A stretch of 64,000 bases of DNA from Antechinus flavipes (taxonomy: Eukaryota). The stretch spans positions 459,854,001 through 459,918,000 of the forward strand of contig NC_067400.1 of the NCBI RefSeq assembly GCF_016432865.1. The letters run 5' to 3'. The notes under the pieces are model-generated. The model did not search any database. It was not told the origin of the DNA and saw nothing but the letters and a program-made list of their open reading frames with translations. Within the stretch, counting starts at the first letter, position 1. Every line of letters starts with the position of its first letter. This document shows positions 12,263 to 24,670 of this stretch, in pieces. A program made the translations under genes and the position numbers.

Positions 12263-15200
12263 GGAAATAACAATGAAAAAGCCTTGTCCTGCTTTACTTG
12301 AGAGCCATGACGGGTCTTGTGCATCCCTGCAACCTCACATCTTAGCTACCATTTTCCCCTGGGGCTAATTGGTGATCATGTAAGAATGCCAAGCAGATGT
12401 TCAATTGAGGCTCTGCCAGACTGGTGGCTGTCCCGTAGAACCCAGATCCAGGTCTGCTGACCTTGCTCTGCATTTCTAAACCACTAGAGAACAATGCTTT
12501 CATATAGGTTCCTCAAATTAAAAGAGATTCACCGAGCTGCGGCTGTATGGAAGTCCCATTAATCCCAGTGGGACCTGCAGGTGTGTATCCAGAGAGCACA
12601 CCAGATAACATTTACAAGCCATTGAGAGGTTTGATTGATTACTTGGGCACCTGCATTGCTTTTAACTTTGGAGGAGCTGAGAGGACAGAACGCAGAGGCT
12701 GCTTACATTTCTAGCTAGCTCGTTCCCCTTTTGCTCCCTTTCCATTTTTCAGATATTGGGGGGGGGGTAGGGGAGGGAGGAAAGGTGCATCTCTTCTTTT
12801 GTCTTTCCTACCCAGCATGTGCCATCAATATTACTAACTTGTAACATCTAATGGGAGATTTTAGCGGTAGAACAACTGTAAGGTTTGCTCACCACTGCTG
12901 TCTTTCAATATCTGCCTCTGGGTCAGTAGCCTCTGGCTGGCTTTAGCAATCTAGGGCAACTTGAATTTTAATCATTCTTTTCCCACTTCTTCCTCGGGGC
13001 AGTACTGCAATGAGATTCTGCACATTCATACAAATCCCTGGGATTGATAGGATCTGTTATACGATAGTTGGAGAAGGGAGGCAGCTTCAGAATTTCATTC
13101 TCTCCTGTCAGTCATCCACTCCAGCAGCCAATTCCCAAATATTTAGAGACTGATTCATTTGAGGATTATCTGGGTCCCTTGCTTCTCCTCTTATTCCCCT
13201 TTCCTAACTGCCTCTTGGGAATTTCACTGTTCATTAGCAGTCTAGCAAAAGATGGGCTGTGGAAGGGAGAGAGAGGGAATAGTTTTACCACTGTACTTAT
13301 TTGGATAAAAGTTTTAGTAGAAAAGACTAGAGCTGCTACCTTTAGAATATTCCTCAGCATGACAGAACATCACTGTGAGAAAGACTAAATAGATATTTGC
13401 CTCCTCAAAATTATATGTTTAATTTCTTTTTTTTCTTCCTAATGACTTTCCCTCAAAGCTAATGGGAGGTCACTCCTATCCCTGGCCTGTGCGATACCCA
13501 TTGCTTTCTTTGAAAATTCTAAGAGCAAAATGAAGAAACAAGCCTTAATTAGGTCAAAGGGTTCTCCCAAGGTTAACCTTCCACGTCTGTGTAAAAAGTG
13601 TTGCCCTCTAGAATCAGAAGGCCTGACATGGGAGGGTAGTTACTAGAGCTGTAGATACTTATCCTGCCTGGGAGCCCAGGAGCCACAGATGAGTAGCAGC
13701 TTGGGAAAGACCAAGAGATGATCATTGGAAGATCATTGGGGTAGAAGGAGGTTTCAAATCCTTCCAAAGAAGAAAATGACCAAAATGGATGTCATTTCCT
13801 CATCCCTCATTATACTCTTCCAATAGTTTTCTAAAAACAAGAGAGAGTTCATCATTTTTCTGGTCCTACCAGCTAGCTCAATGGCAGGAGGAGGGTGGGA
13901 AGGGAAAGGATGCTGAAAAGGGCAGGAAGTGTGAATGCCTTGGGACACAGGGCTAAAAACCTTAGAAGTCAAAAGCAAAGCCAGAAGGAAATGAAGGATT
14001 GTCAGCTAGGATCCCTTCCCAAAATGGAGATCCCAAAAGGAACTCAATCAGTGGGCGAAGAAAGCTAGAGGAGGAAGATGTTCTAAGACAGAAAGGCCCT
14101 TGGTATTATGGGGAGTTGAAGTGGATGACAAGACAAATGAGGAATGATGGTGAAGAGATTCAGAAGCTGTTGGAAGGTGGATGGAAGAAAGTCTAAGGAA
14201 ATGAAACTATAGTTACTGCTCCTTCTTGCTACATTCTTGATTTTCTTAAGTTCCTAATTTTTTTACTAGCCTAGTGGATCTTTCCTTGTGCTTGTCTATT
14301 CTCCCCGTGGATAAAGTTTTGGTTTTCCCTCAGGGATCCTCCTGTTGCCATGATGCTCTGGCTGCTCTGCCAGTCTATTTTGATTACCATTCTTTCTCTT
14401 CTTTCCTTGCCCTGCCATTTAATTTTTCTTTCTACTGCAATAGCAGCAGACATGACAGATGCATGAGCCTAAGCAGCATGTGCATTTCCTTGGGCCCATA
14501 ATCAAGAATTTTGAAATTATTTTATCTAGCCATAAGCATTTCTCCTGATGCTTCACATGGCCTTGACTTCTGGTCTCTCCTTTACTTATCTCTACTGGTC
14601 TCTCCAGGCTATCATTCCTGCACTGATTTTACTTTCTTCCATTTTCAATAGTGACTCTATAGTTAGCTATCTAATTCCTCTACTGTTGAATTCCCTATCC
14701 CCTTGTCCTGTCATTGCTGTTTACACTTTTGTTGATTGTTGATGGGTGATGATTGTTGATTGATCCGCTGAACAAAATACAAATTAGCAGATGCTTTATT
14801 TCTACTATTGTTTTTCCCTTTCCTATTTCCTTAAAATAAAATCCCCTCAGTATTTCAAATGGATCGCAAGTTTAGGGTGAATATAAAAGCTAAAAATTTG
14901 TTTTGAGAATTAATTATCTGAGCTGCCTTTGTTATCCTTGAACCTCACTAAATAGGATCTGGTTTTAGACTCAAGTTTTTCTCTCACATTTCAGAGGGAA
15001 ATTTGGATCCCTTTTATTCCAGATTTCTTCTTTGACAAATTAAATCACAGAAAAGTAAAATAACTTATCTAAGGTGACACTATGAATTGGTGTTAGATGT
15101 GGGAATAGAACCAGCTCTTCCAACTCCTCATTTGGCATTTTCCCACTATTCTATGGTCACAAGAACAAAAAAGTAATTTCCCAACAGTCAAATAAAGATA

Positions 15201-18200
15201 TTTTAAACAATAAGAAACTCAAGATCTGCCCATCTCTAACTCCCTTCCAACTCCCTTTTTTAAATATTTGTATCTTTTTTCCCCCCTCCTCTTCACAGAT
15301 TCTACTGCTTTGTATCCCATTAGAACTAGAAATCACAATCAGATGCTGGGAGGAGTTTGATCAAGACAGGCCTTTTATGGATACATGAATCACCTCTTTT
15401 TCCCCCTGGCCTCTATGCAGTCTACAAAATTATGTTAAACATCATTTTACCATAATGATTTTGGAATTTTATGTGTCTATAAATTGGCTTTATCTGGGTT
15501 ATCTGTGTTGCTCCAGATAATTAATTATTCACATATAAAAGCCTGGATTCTTGATTACCTGTTCAGGGACAGTGTTTAAATAATTTATTGTAAAGGGGAG
15601 ATAATCCAATGGAATTGCTTTTTTTGGAATCCCAAGGAGAAATTCTGAATCAAATAGCTACAAAAGGAGTACAAGGAAATAAAGACTGGATTAAAAGTGT
15701 GATCTCTTAGACGAGGATGCTGGCAAATGCTGCCTTTTATCTCTTGGTTTAAGAGTTGTACAAATGGTTTTGAGGCTCTTTGCTTCAGATGCAGGCCCAT
15801 ATTGCTACTTAGAAAACTGGCACGCATGCCTGTCAGTCCCTTGATGAAGTGGTCTGTGGCACATCTTTACACATCTGCAACTACTCATGAATGTCCAGAA
15901 AGTTTTCCAAATTATTATTAACCGCAACAACAACAACAAAAGGGGGTAGGATGGTGGAGGCAGGATAAGGAGATTTGTTGTGGGTTTGCATAATGAATCC
16001 AAATTGCCTTTTTTATTCATTCTAGAAGGTAAGGTAGTAAATGTCAACATGGCATTTGGGGAAAGCTTTTAGTTGGACTGAGCCTGCTTTGTGGTTTTTC
16101 CCTTTTGTATCTGTTCTCTTCCTTCTCCTGCCCCTCTTTCCACTTTTGTGTGTCACATCTGCAGGCTGGTCTGCCTTTTGAAGGCAGGTCACTAAATTTA
16201 ACCCAATGGCATGAAATGCCTCCGACGCCTTGCAGAGCCACAAGAAATCGCTTTCAGGCCTGTACGTTGGACACTGACTACTGGTAAACGAAGAGCTCTG
16301 GGGATCAGACCTCCTGGAGTCGCCTCACTCCTGGGCCACTCACTTGGAACCAGCCCAGATTACTCTGGTGCCATCTGGTAGCTGTTTAGTTGTCTATGAG
16401 AAAAACATTTCTAGGCTTAGTGACTGCATCACAAAAGGCAGCATAGTCCAAATTTAAATGAGTGTGGAAAGCATTCTATTTATTCCTGTAGGTTGGCCTT
16501 GGCTGATTAGAATTTAGGAGCCATTGGTGGAGAAATCTGGGCAGATTGGAATAATACTGCCATTCTAACTCTTTTTCCAAGCACTAACCTAACTTGCCAA
16601 GAGAAAAGGCCAGGAAATTCCTGTGTTCAACAAGAAGATGGTCTACATACATAGACTTGGTGGTTATACTTTATATAGTTGAGTTTTCCAAGGGAAAAAA
16701 ATACTAATAAAGCAGCTTGGGTAAGTTTAATAATATCTGTCCAACTGGCAAACCCAGAGCCTCTTTTCATATACTAGTTGACTGTATAATATATTTATAT
16801 GGTCTACATAAAAGCAATATTAAAAGTATGACCTAAGACCTATAATGGAAAGGCTTTTTAAAAGTTAAGGGAAAACTTCTGTCCTCAATTCACCCTGATG
16901 CCATTGAAAAGCATTCAGCCATGGTTCCTGTTTGGCTTGAATGGTAACTTTTTTTTTTCATTTAGTATTTTAATTTCTTTTGTTTAAAGTTTCTGTGCTT
17001 TTAACTAAACAATTATTCTTTTAAAATTAATTTAAAGGTATAATCCAATACTTGTGGATAGCCCTTAAATCAGTTTCTTATTTAATTACCATGCATTCAG
17101 TCTTCAAATTCAATCCAAATAATTTTGTTTTGCATTGTTAGAGGGAGCAGCAAAACCAACAGTCTGCTTACAAGTCTAGAATCTGAATGTTGATATTGAA
17201 TTATTCTACTTCTACCAACTTAGTCTGTTCACACTTTGTAAGTCACTTAAGATTTTCATCAAAAACAGTGTATCAATTTCAGGTGTCTACCAAGTTCATA
17301 ATACCATGGCTTGGTCAGGGAAATGCTAGTCTAAATGAGATGGTGTTTGCCCCCCAAAAGCTCAAGTCCTCCACAGCTTAAAACAGTAAATTAAAAGTGC
17401 CAGTTGATTGTCTCTAAAGCAAGGAACAATTTTAATTTTTGTCTTTGTATCCCTAGTACTTGCCATAGTGCCTGGCATATAGGATAGAAACAATAAATGG
17501 ATGTTGACTGGAGCAGCTGGATAAGGCTGGTATTCAAGTTTTGATTTGAAGGATGGAAAAGGACTTTGCACTTCCTTTTACTGTCAAATTTACCATTATC
17601 CTCTTAGTCACCCACATTTACAACTTCAGTTCATCTTTTACTTATTTGCCTCAAGATGAATAGAAAGGAGGAGGTCAAGTCTATAAAATTAATGCCAGCA
17701 ATGCTAAAATATAAAACAAGTTAAAGACTGTTTTAAATATATTAGGGGAAAAGAAGATTAAAGTAGCAACAGGACTATTTATTATGTGGGATATAAAATA
17801 ATCTCTGTGCAAAGAAGGAAGAGAGACAGAGAGAGAAAGAGACAGTGGGAAGGAAGGAGGGAGGGAGGAGGAGGAGAGAGAGAGATTGAGAGAGAGAGAG
17901 AGAGAGAGAGCGCACTTTTCTCTTACAGAGAATTATCTTCATTCTGGATAATATACAACAAAAATAGTTAATAGAAAATAAAGTGCCAAAATCTGTGTGA
18001 AGATGATAAGAAAGTGGCTAGTTGGCTGAGGCATAAAACCAGCCCGTGAAGTTGAAGCCCCAGATCCCAGGTTACCAAAAGTAGATTTGATTGTTGCTTG
18101 ATGATCCTCTGTCTTAGGATGATAGCATCATAGATTTGGTATTTTGGGGTCCCTTAGAAGCCATTGAATCCAATCCCTTCATTTTACAAATTAAAATGAG

Positions 18201-18559
18201 ACTTAAAAAAAGGAGAAGTGCCTTGCCCTGGTTGGCATTGCTGGTAAGTGTCAGAGGAGAAATTTAAACTCAGATTTTCCTTAGTGCAGTGCCTGGCATA
18301 TAGTAAGTGCTTAATAAATGTTTATTCATCGATGATTCATTCTAAATGAATGCCTTCCATCCACAATGCCACCCATATCTGTATTCTTTAAAAAAAATTA
18401 TGGAGAGTAGGAAACAAATCATGTGTTATCTCATCAATTAGATCATGAGCTTCTTGAGAATAGAACTATTTTTACTCATTTTTGTACCCTTAGAACTTAA
18501 AACAATTCCTAGCACAAAGTATTTAATAAATGCTTGTTGACTGACTGACTTGAGGACTG

Positions 18560-19500
18560 AAGATGGGAGAAAGTCTTAATTTTCCAAAAGAGGAAAAAAA
18601 GTAGATTCTTCAAACTATAGGATGGATAATAATTAAGGAAATTGGTGTGTTAATCAAAAACAAATCACAAAACTAGCCTTTTTTAAAAAACCAAATTACA
18701 AGATTAATGAACAAAAGAACCCATTTTACCTGGATTTCAACAGGATATTTAGCAAAATCTCATGATCTCTTTGAACAAAGTGGAGAAATACAGATTATAT
18801 ATAAATATAGTTGTGTGGCTTCAAATTGGTTAAAAAACCAGAGCCAAAGAGGAATGATTAATAGATAGAGATTAGCCTGATGGGAAATCTATATAGTAAA
18901 ATGGCACTGAATAAAATCTTTGTCCCAATTTTGTTCAGTTCTTTATCTTTGTCTTGGATGAAGACACAAATGGCATGCTTATCAGATATAAAGACAATCT
19001 GTGTTAAGAGGTCCATGTTAAGTCTAATATGAGAAAGGTCAAGATCAACTGGGAGGAGATTTTCTTGGAAAAGTGATGTTGGAGTAAGGTAAAATGTAAG
19101 ATCGTGCATTCTGAACATAGGGAAGAAGTCATAAAGAAGGGACAGCATGGACTAGGTGAGGATAATGAATAGTTCAGTGTAACAATAATATAAACTGTCA
19201 AAGGGATGAATGTAGAAAGATATTTTTGTATCACATTGTGGAGATATTGAATACCATGATGAAACGTTTGAAATTCATTGAGTTCATAAAGAGGAGCCAT
19301 CCAAGGGCTTTGTAGAAAGCCAGAATAGAGGGATTGGCTGAGATAAAATTTGAGAAAAAGAATAAGTGTATTCTCATAGGTTGAGAAGGATGTGCCTGAG
19401 GAGCCTCATGAACTATTCTTTAATAATTTCTAATCAGCTTGAAAATAGTTGAGAAGAATTTTTTATGTATGAAATATCTCAGAAATCATCTTAAAGAATT
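18560..19500 (+). mobile_element. CR1/L3 LINE RT fragment
   Basis: Degenerate PIFKKG..NYRP (attttccaaaagagg...aactatagg) and YLDF.KAFD (tacctggatttcaacagg) motifs; further CR1-like pieces at ~17660-17800. Confidence 0.7.
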
Positions 19501-19649
19501 ACTGGTTGATGACATCCTAAAGGAATCCAGCAGTCCAGGGGGGGAAAAAAAGATGGTAGATACAAATATATGTAAACTCTGAACAAAAGAATTTAAGTGG
19601 ACCGGTACACAATAGCAAGATTTCAGTATGCTCTTAGTTGTATCAATTT

Positions 19650-20470
19650 TAGAAGATAACTATTAGAGGTATTGGAGAGACAGGGGAAAAAACCCAACAA
19701 ACTTTGATAACTCCACGGATGTGAGATATGAGGGCCTCAAGATAACACTAGGGTCTCAAACATAGTAAAAGAGATGGAAAAAAAAAATGTTGCTGTTGTA
19801 ACAAATATTGTAACAAAGGGAGGAAGAAGTCTCAGTGAAAAAAAAATAGACTTGATTTAAAACATTTTGTTGAAATAAGAATAAGAAAGAAGAAATAAGA
19901 ATGTTGAAATAAGAAAATAACTCTTCAAGTTAGAGATGCCCTATTAGCAGTAAGAGATGTAGAGTTGGAGCTTGGAAGAGAGGTGTAAGGACTAGGAAAA
20001 GATATTCGAGAATCATCTGTAGAGCAGCATTAGTTGAAATTGTAGAAGTAAATGAAATTTCAAAGAACGATGGCCTAAGGAATGAACAAAAAGCCAAAGA
20101 TAATTCCTCATGAAGTCCCTTTTTTAAATGGTTCCTCGTGAAACCCCCATTTTAAATGATCAGGAAAAAATAAGGAAATAATAAGACAGAGAAAAATAGT
20201 TGTTGAAGAGAGAAGTGGAAAACCAAAAGGTAAAGGATATGGTGTCTATGAATTTTCCAAATTCAAAGGGAATTGGGAAGGGAAAAGATCCTACAGAAGA
20301 AAGGGATGATAAAATTATGTTAATTGCTACAGACAGATCAAGGAAAATAAGGATTGAAAAGGGTATATCAAATTTGGTGCATATGAGATTACAGACTACC
20401 TTTCATTGAACAGTCTATAGATTGAATAGAGAAGCAAATCAGATTGTAAAACATTGATGAGAGAAAAAAG
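19650..20470 (-). mobile_element. Old L2 fragment
   Basis: Purine-rich antisense L2 ORF2 remnants (gagttggagcttggaagagagg, gaatcatctgtagag, acagatcaaggaaaataaggattgaaaag). Confidence 0.55.
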
Positions 20471-21744
20471 CCAAAAGTGGGTGTAAAAAATGGAGTCATG
20501 ACTATAAACAACTTAAAAAAAAAAACCTCATGCCCCCTCTTACTCTAGATTATTTATGTTATTAAATTATCATTTGCCTTCTATGTTATTAAGATTGCAA
20601 TTGTGTGACTTTAAAACACATGAATATCCCTAGGTTAGCGAAAGCATGATAGTAGTGAGAAGGTGTTTTACTTGTCTTCATTCTACTCAATGACGAGGGA
20701 CCCCACACCTAACATTGGCCAAGCATCTTTCAAGAAATTGTCATTAGTCAAAAGGGCCATTTTGGGGAGAGAATAAATATGGATCAGTACAAATAGATCA
20801 CCAGGAATAGAAAAATATCTTAAGGTGTCCATGGTAGATCATTAAAGTGTTCTTCACTTACATAGAACTATAAATTATTATTTTAGAGTGTGTTTAGGAA
20901 TGTATATGAAACATTCTTTCCAAGAAGCTACTATCATAATTTCTGCATTTCTTTTTAACTAAGATTTTATGCTAGTGAAAAACATGAACAGCAGAGACAT
21001 TTTGGCAAACCACCATCCTCTCTTTAGCTAAACATTTCTGCTATAACTATCTGTAACTCTGATTCATGTTGGGCTTTTCCTGAGGAGGAACTTCCCTTAT
21101 TTATAACACTTTGTGGGAAACTCATTATGGGGAGTGAAATTATACTTTTCAGAATTCATTTTGTCTTTATGGAATAGACTGGAATTGAACATAGATCTGT
21201 GAGGTAGGAATACTTAGACATTTGGATCCATTGTCCCTAATGGGAGCCTTTTTTATTGCCAAAAATGAATATCCCATACAATTGGAAGGGAAGCTTAAGA
21301 AATTTCACTTTCAAAAACAAAGCTATGTTTGAATTCTATGGCAACAGAAGGTATCACTTAAAAATGACACAACAGATGTTATGAAAATTTGTTTTAAACT
21401 ATTGCTCCCAGGTTAAGATTTAGTTTGCCAAGTTGCAACCTGGAATGAATTTTTACAACTCAACAGAGCTTTGGAAAAATAAAGGTCTGCAAGGATAGAG
21501 AACTCCTTCCATTGTGTGATATGCCACGTGTTCTCTGTCAGGTGGTGGATTATGAAATATCTCTTGTCTTTTTCAAAAAATTATTTTAATCTCTTCACAT
21601 TTGACTTAGATTTCCAGCTGAAAATGTTTTTATTGTTAGACTTTCTTTTCCTTAGTTAATATTGCTAAAAGCAAAATAGTACTTAAGTTTAAAAACTGGT
21701 TTTTAACAAGCTTGCAGTGCTATCACTGAGCCTAGGAATCAGTC

Positions 21745-21955
21745 CTAATAATTCCCTGGATCTGTGATTTCATCAAGGTGGTATTCCTACACCAGATCAC
21801 AAGACACCTATGACTGTTTTTCTTGTGCAATTTTCATCTCTCTAGAAACTCAACATGGGAGCCATCAAACATACTAGGAACCTGCCTTCTATTCTCTTAC
21901 CATTATAAAGATAGCAGTACAGCATTCAGTCCATCTGTTGGTCATCTCTTGCCAA
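21745..21955 (-). mobile_element. RTE-type LINE 3' fragment
   Basis: gatcacaa...ttcttgtgcaatt...gtccatctgttggtcatctcttgcca resembles the antisense RTE ORF C-terminus. Confidence 0.45.
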
Positions 21956-23708
21956 TTGGTAGTTGTCTGATACAACCAGTGAAAATGGGAATTTGATCAT
22001 AAGATTTAGAGCTAAGACTTCAAAGATTACTTACTCTAGTGATTCCTTGTCAAACAAAAATTTCAGTGGAATTGGAGGGAGGACATAAAGTTATTTAAAC
22101 AAGTTTCCAAATCTACACATACCAAGAATCATCATTTTGTCGTTATGTATTTTTCTCAATCAACAGGTATTAATAGCATGACAGATTTTTTTTTAGACTT
22201 AAAAAAGAGAGCTCCTCATACTCAAAGAGATTGGGGCCACTGATGTATGTTTCCATTTTATGAGTGAGAAACCTGAAAAGTGACATGATTTATCTAAAAT
22301 CACCCACATATTAAGGAATAGCTTCCTAACAATAAAAAATAATGAGATATATAACATTTAAATAGCAGTATGTGCCAGGTACTACACAAAGTACTTTACA
22401 ATTATTATTGAATTTCCTTATATATAGTGTCATAAATTCAAATAAAGGCCTAATTTCACAAAGGGCTTTGTCCTAATAGTATGTGACATGGTGAGGCACT
22501 GAACTCAAAGAGATCACTGTTTGCATTATGGCACTGACATTTTTAGCCATCTGCCCTTTGGTTTCCTTTCCAAGTCTTTATGTCTTCAGTTTACTAATCT
22601 ATAAAGTGGATCATGGGATGTAAAACTGGAAAGGGATCTTAGAGATTTAAGCCAAATCCTTCATTTTCACAAATTAGGAAACAAAGAGATTATTGCTCAG
22701 GATTATATTGGTAGTGTCAGGCAAAGTTCCTATGTGATAAAAATGTGAAACACTGATGTCATCATCTTTACATTAATTAGCAATTGAAAGGCTGATGCTG
22801 TCTAATAGAAATTTGAACTCTGGAAATGGATTCTAGTTCTCATTTGAAGGCTGATCCACTGCTGCCTAGGACTCCCTTGCTAAGTCCGTTTCAGTACTTA
22901 AATTTTTAGCCAGATTACAACATACCATACTGCCCATATAGCAGAAAGGGCAACAGGAAACTGAATGACCAAAGTTATTTTACTACTATATCAGAAATTT
23001 AAATAAAATTAAATCCTGGAGTAAAGTCAATAGTAAATATTAAATTTATATTAAGTTTATCAAACAGCGTTCTAAGCTAAATAATAAAATTAAAATAGAA
23101 ATTTTATTTTATTAAAAAAAACATCCAAACAGCATATTTTATATAGCAAAATCAACCTTCACCTTTCCTGAAATTCAAATCATTTGCACAACTGCAAATA
23201 AAATGAGAAATTTGAAGACTTCACCATAGGTCATAGATATCAAATACAAGTTCAAAAACTTGATAATGGAAATATTCAGCTTATTGTCCAAAGAACTGGC
23301 CTTATTGATAACTAGAGAACAATCCTTTCAACTTCGTACAACCAAAAAGAGCCTGTTAACTGATTTGAACGTGATTTTTTTCTTTCTTCTTTACCAGAAA
23401 AGAGGGGGTAGCATATAGAAAAAGTAAAGGAGGGCAGAGGAGTTCACATCATAATCCAGTGAGTTCAAAGCATGCACATCTCCATGTATTATACAAAGAA
23501 AGATTATTTGTTGATATGCCTATGGTAAAAGACAGAGAATAAAATGTTTATCAGGAAATCAAGACATTTAGTGAAATACAGTGAATGAATCTAGCTTAGA
23601 ATGAAAATTTACAAGTTGAATATGAAGGTAAAGAATTACATAGATGTATATGGATACAGTTAAATGAATACTGAAGATCACATTTAAGACTGTTAAAATT
23701 GCAATTCA

Positions 23709-23852
23709 GGGGCAGTTAGATGAAGCAGTAGATAGAGCACCAGCCCTGAAATTCGGAGGACCTGAGTTCAAATCTGGTCTCAGACACTTAACATTTCCTA
23801 GCTATGTGGTTCTGGGCAAGTCACTTAACCCCAATTACCTCAGAAAAAAAAA
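23709..23852 (+). mobile_element. WSINE1-type tRNA-derived marsupial SINE
   Basis: ggggcagttagatgaagcagtagatagagcaccagccctg...gagttcaaatc...caagtcacttaaccccaattacctcag + A tail; imperfect TSD aaaattgcaatt / aaaattcaatt. Confidence 0.85.
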
Positions 23853-24320
23853 TTCAATTAAGTTAGGAAATAGCTTCTTAACAAATGACAACTATTGGAA
23901 GCTCCATTTCTCCTTATAAATTACTTTAAAGCCTATCATCCCTGTTGGATTTTGAATCTTTTTTTGTATTCCAGGAGTTTATCATGACTCTTGACATTTA
24001 GGAGGATCTTAATAAATGCTTCCTAATTTGATATGACTTTAATAGCCTTTATTCATCTATCTTTTCCCACTCTTTCTCTTTTCACATTTCCTGTCATTCC
24101 TTTCTTTTCTCCCCTTCTTCTAACAACTGTGCCTTTTGGTCTGTACTGGAGTCATGGCTGCATTTTTTCTCTGGAGTTTTCATCCCCTGCAAAGTTTTGG
24201 GGTCTCTGTCTCCTCCTGGCTTAGGCACTGATAGCATTAGGTGGTGGTGGTTTTAATAGCATAAAGTGCTGGATTGAACTCTAAGAGAAGTTATGGTCGA
24301 GCTGATACCTTGAACCTTAC

Positions 24321-24670
24321 CTGTCCAGTTACCAAAGAAGCCTGAGATTGGCCTGCCTTCCCAAAGCAGGGACTAGGCAGAGGCTGGATTCTTGAGGGTC
24401 GCCTTCTCATGGAAGCTGTCAGTGCTCTAGGGGTGCCTTTGGACTCTGCCTAGAGATCGGGGCGGCCCTGAAAAAGCCAGTCAGATTCCATTCTGATCAC
24501 CCTGGAGCATTGGGAGGAGAGGAGAAACTCCCTGATTGTGGGAGTCTGGCTTGGTTTGTGTGGCTGCTGCTGTTTTTAATAGCTAGTCTGATCTGCAGCT
24601 CAGCGAGCACTAGGAGAAGCATGTCAGATTCATACTTGGTCATTTTAGGTCAGCCCAGATAGCCAATGAC
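24321..24670 (-). promoter_or_regulatory. Candidate promoter and first exon of an unidentified minus-strand transcript
   Basis: CCAAT (24663-24667 on +), TATA-like TATTAAAAA (24581-24573 on -), GC box GGGGCGG (24459-24465), consensus donor CAG|GTAAGG at 24321/24320; locally GC-richer, no repeat recognised. Confidence 0.3.

Noticed and set aside
12740-12785. G-run cluster (possible G-quadruplex)
   Set aside because: Isolated homopolymer with no promoter context; common in mammalian DNA
13999-14196. ORF containing PWYYGEL, reminiscent of an SH2 domain start
   Set aside because: No ATG or flanking splice sites, and no FLVRES-type continuation; purine-rich composition fits a decayed antisense L2
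23398-23459. Plus-strand exon-like unit with good acceptor and GTGAGT donor
   Set aside because: No compatible neighbouring exon (joining to 16283 creates a stop) and peptide unrecognised
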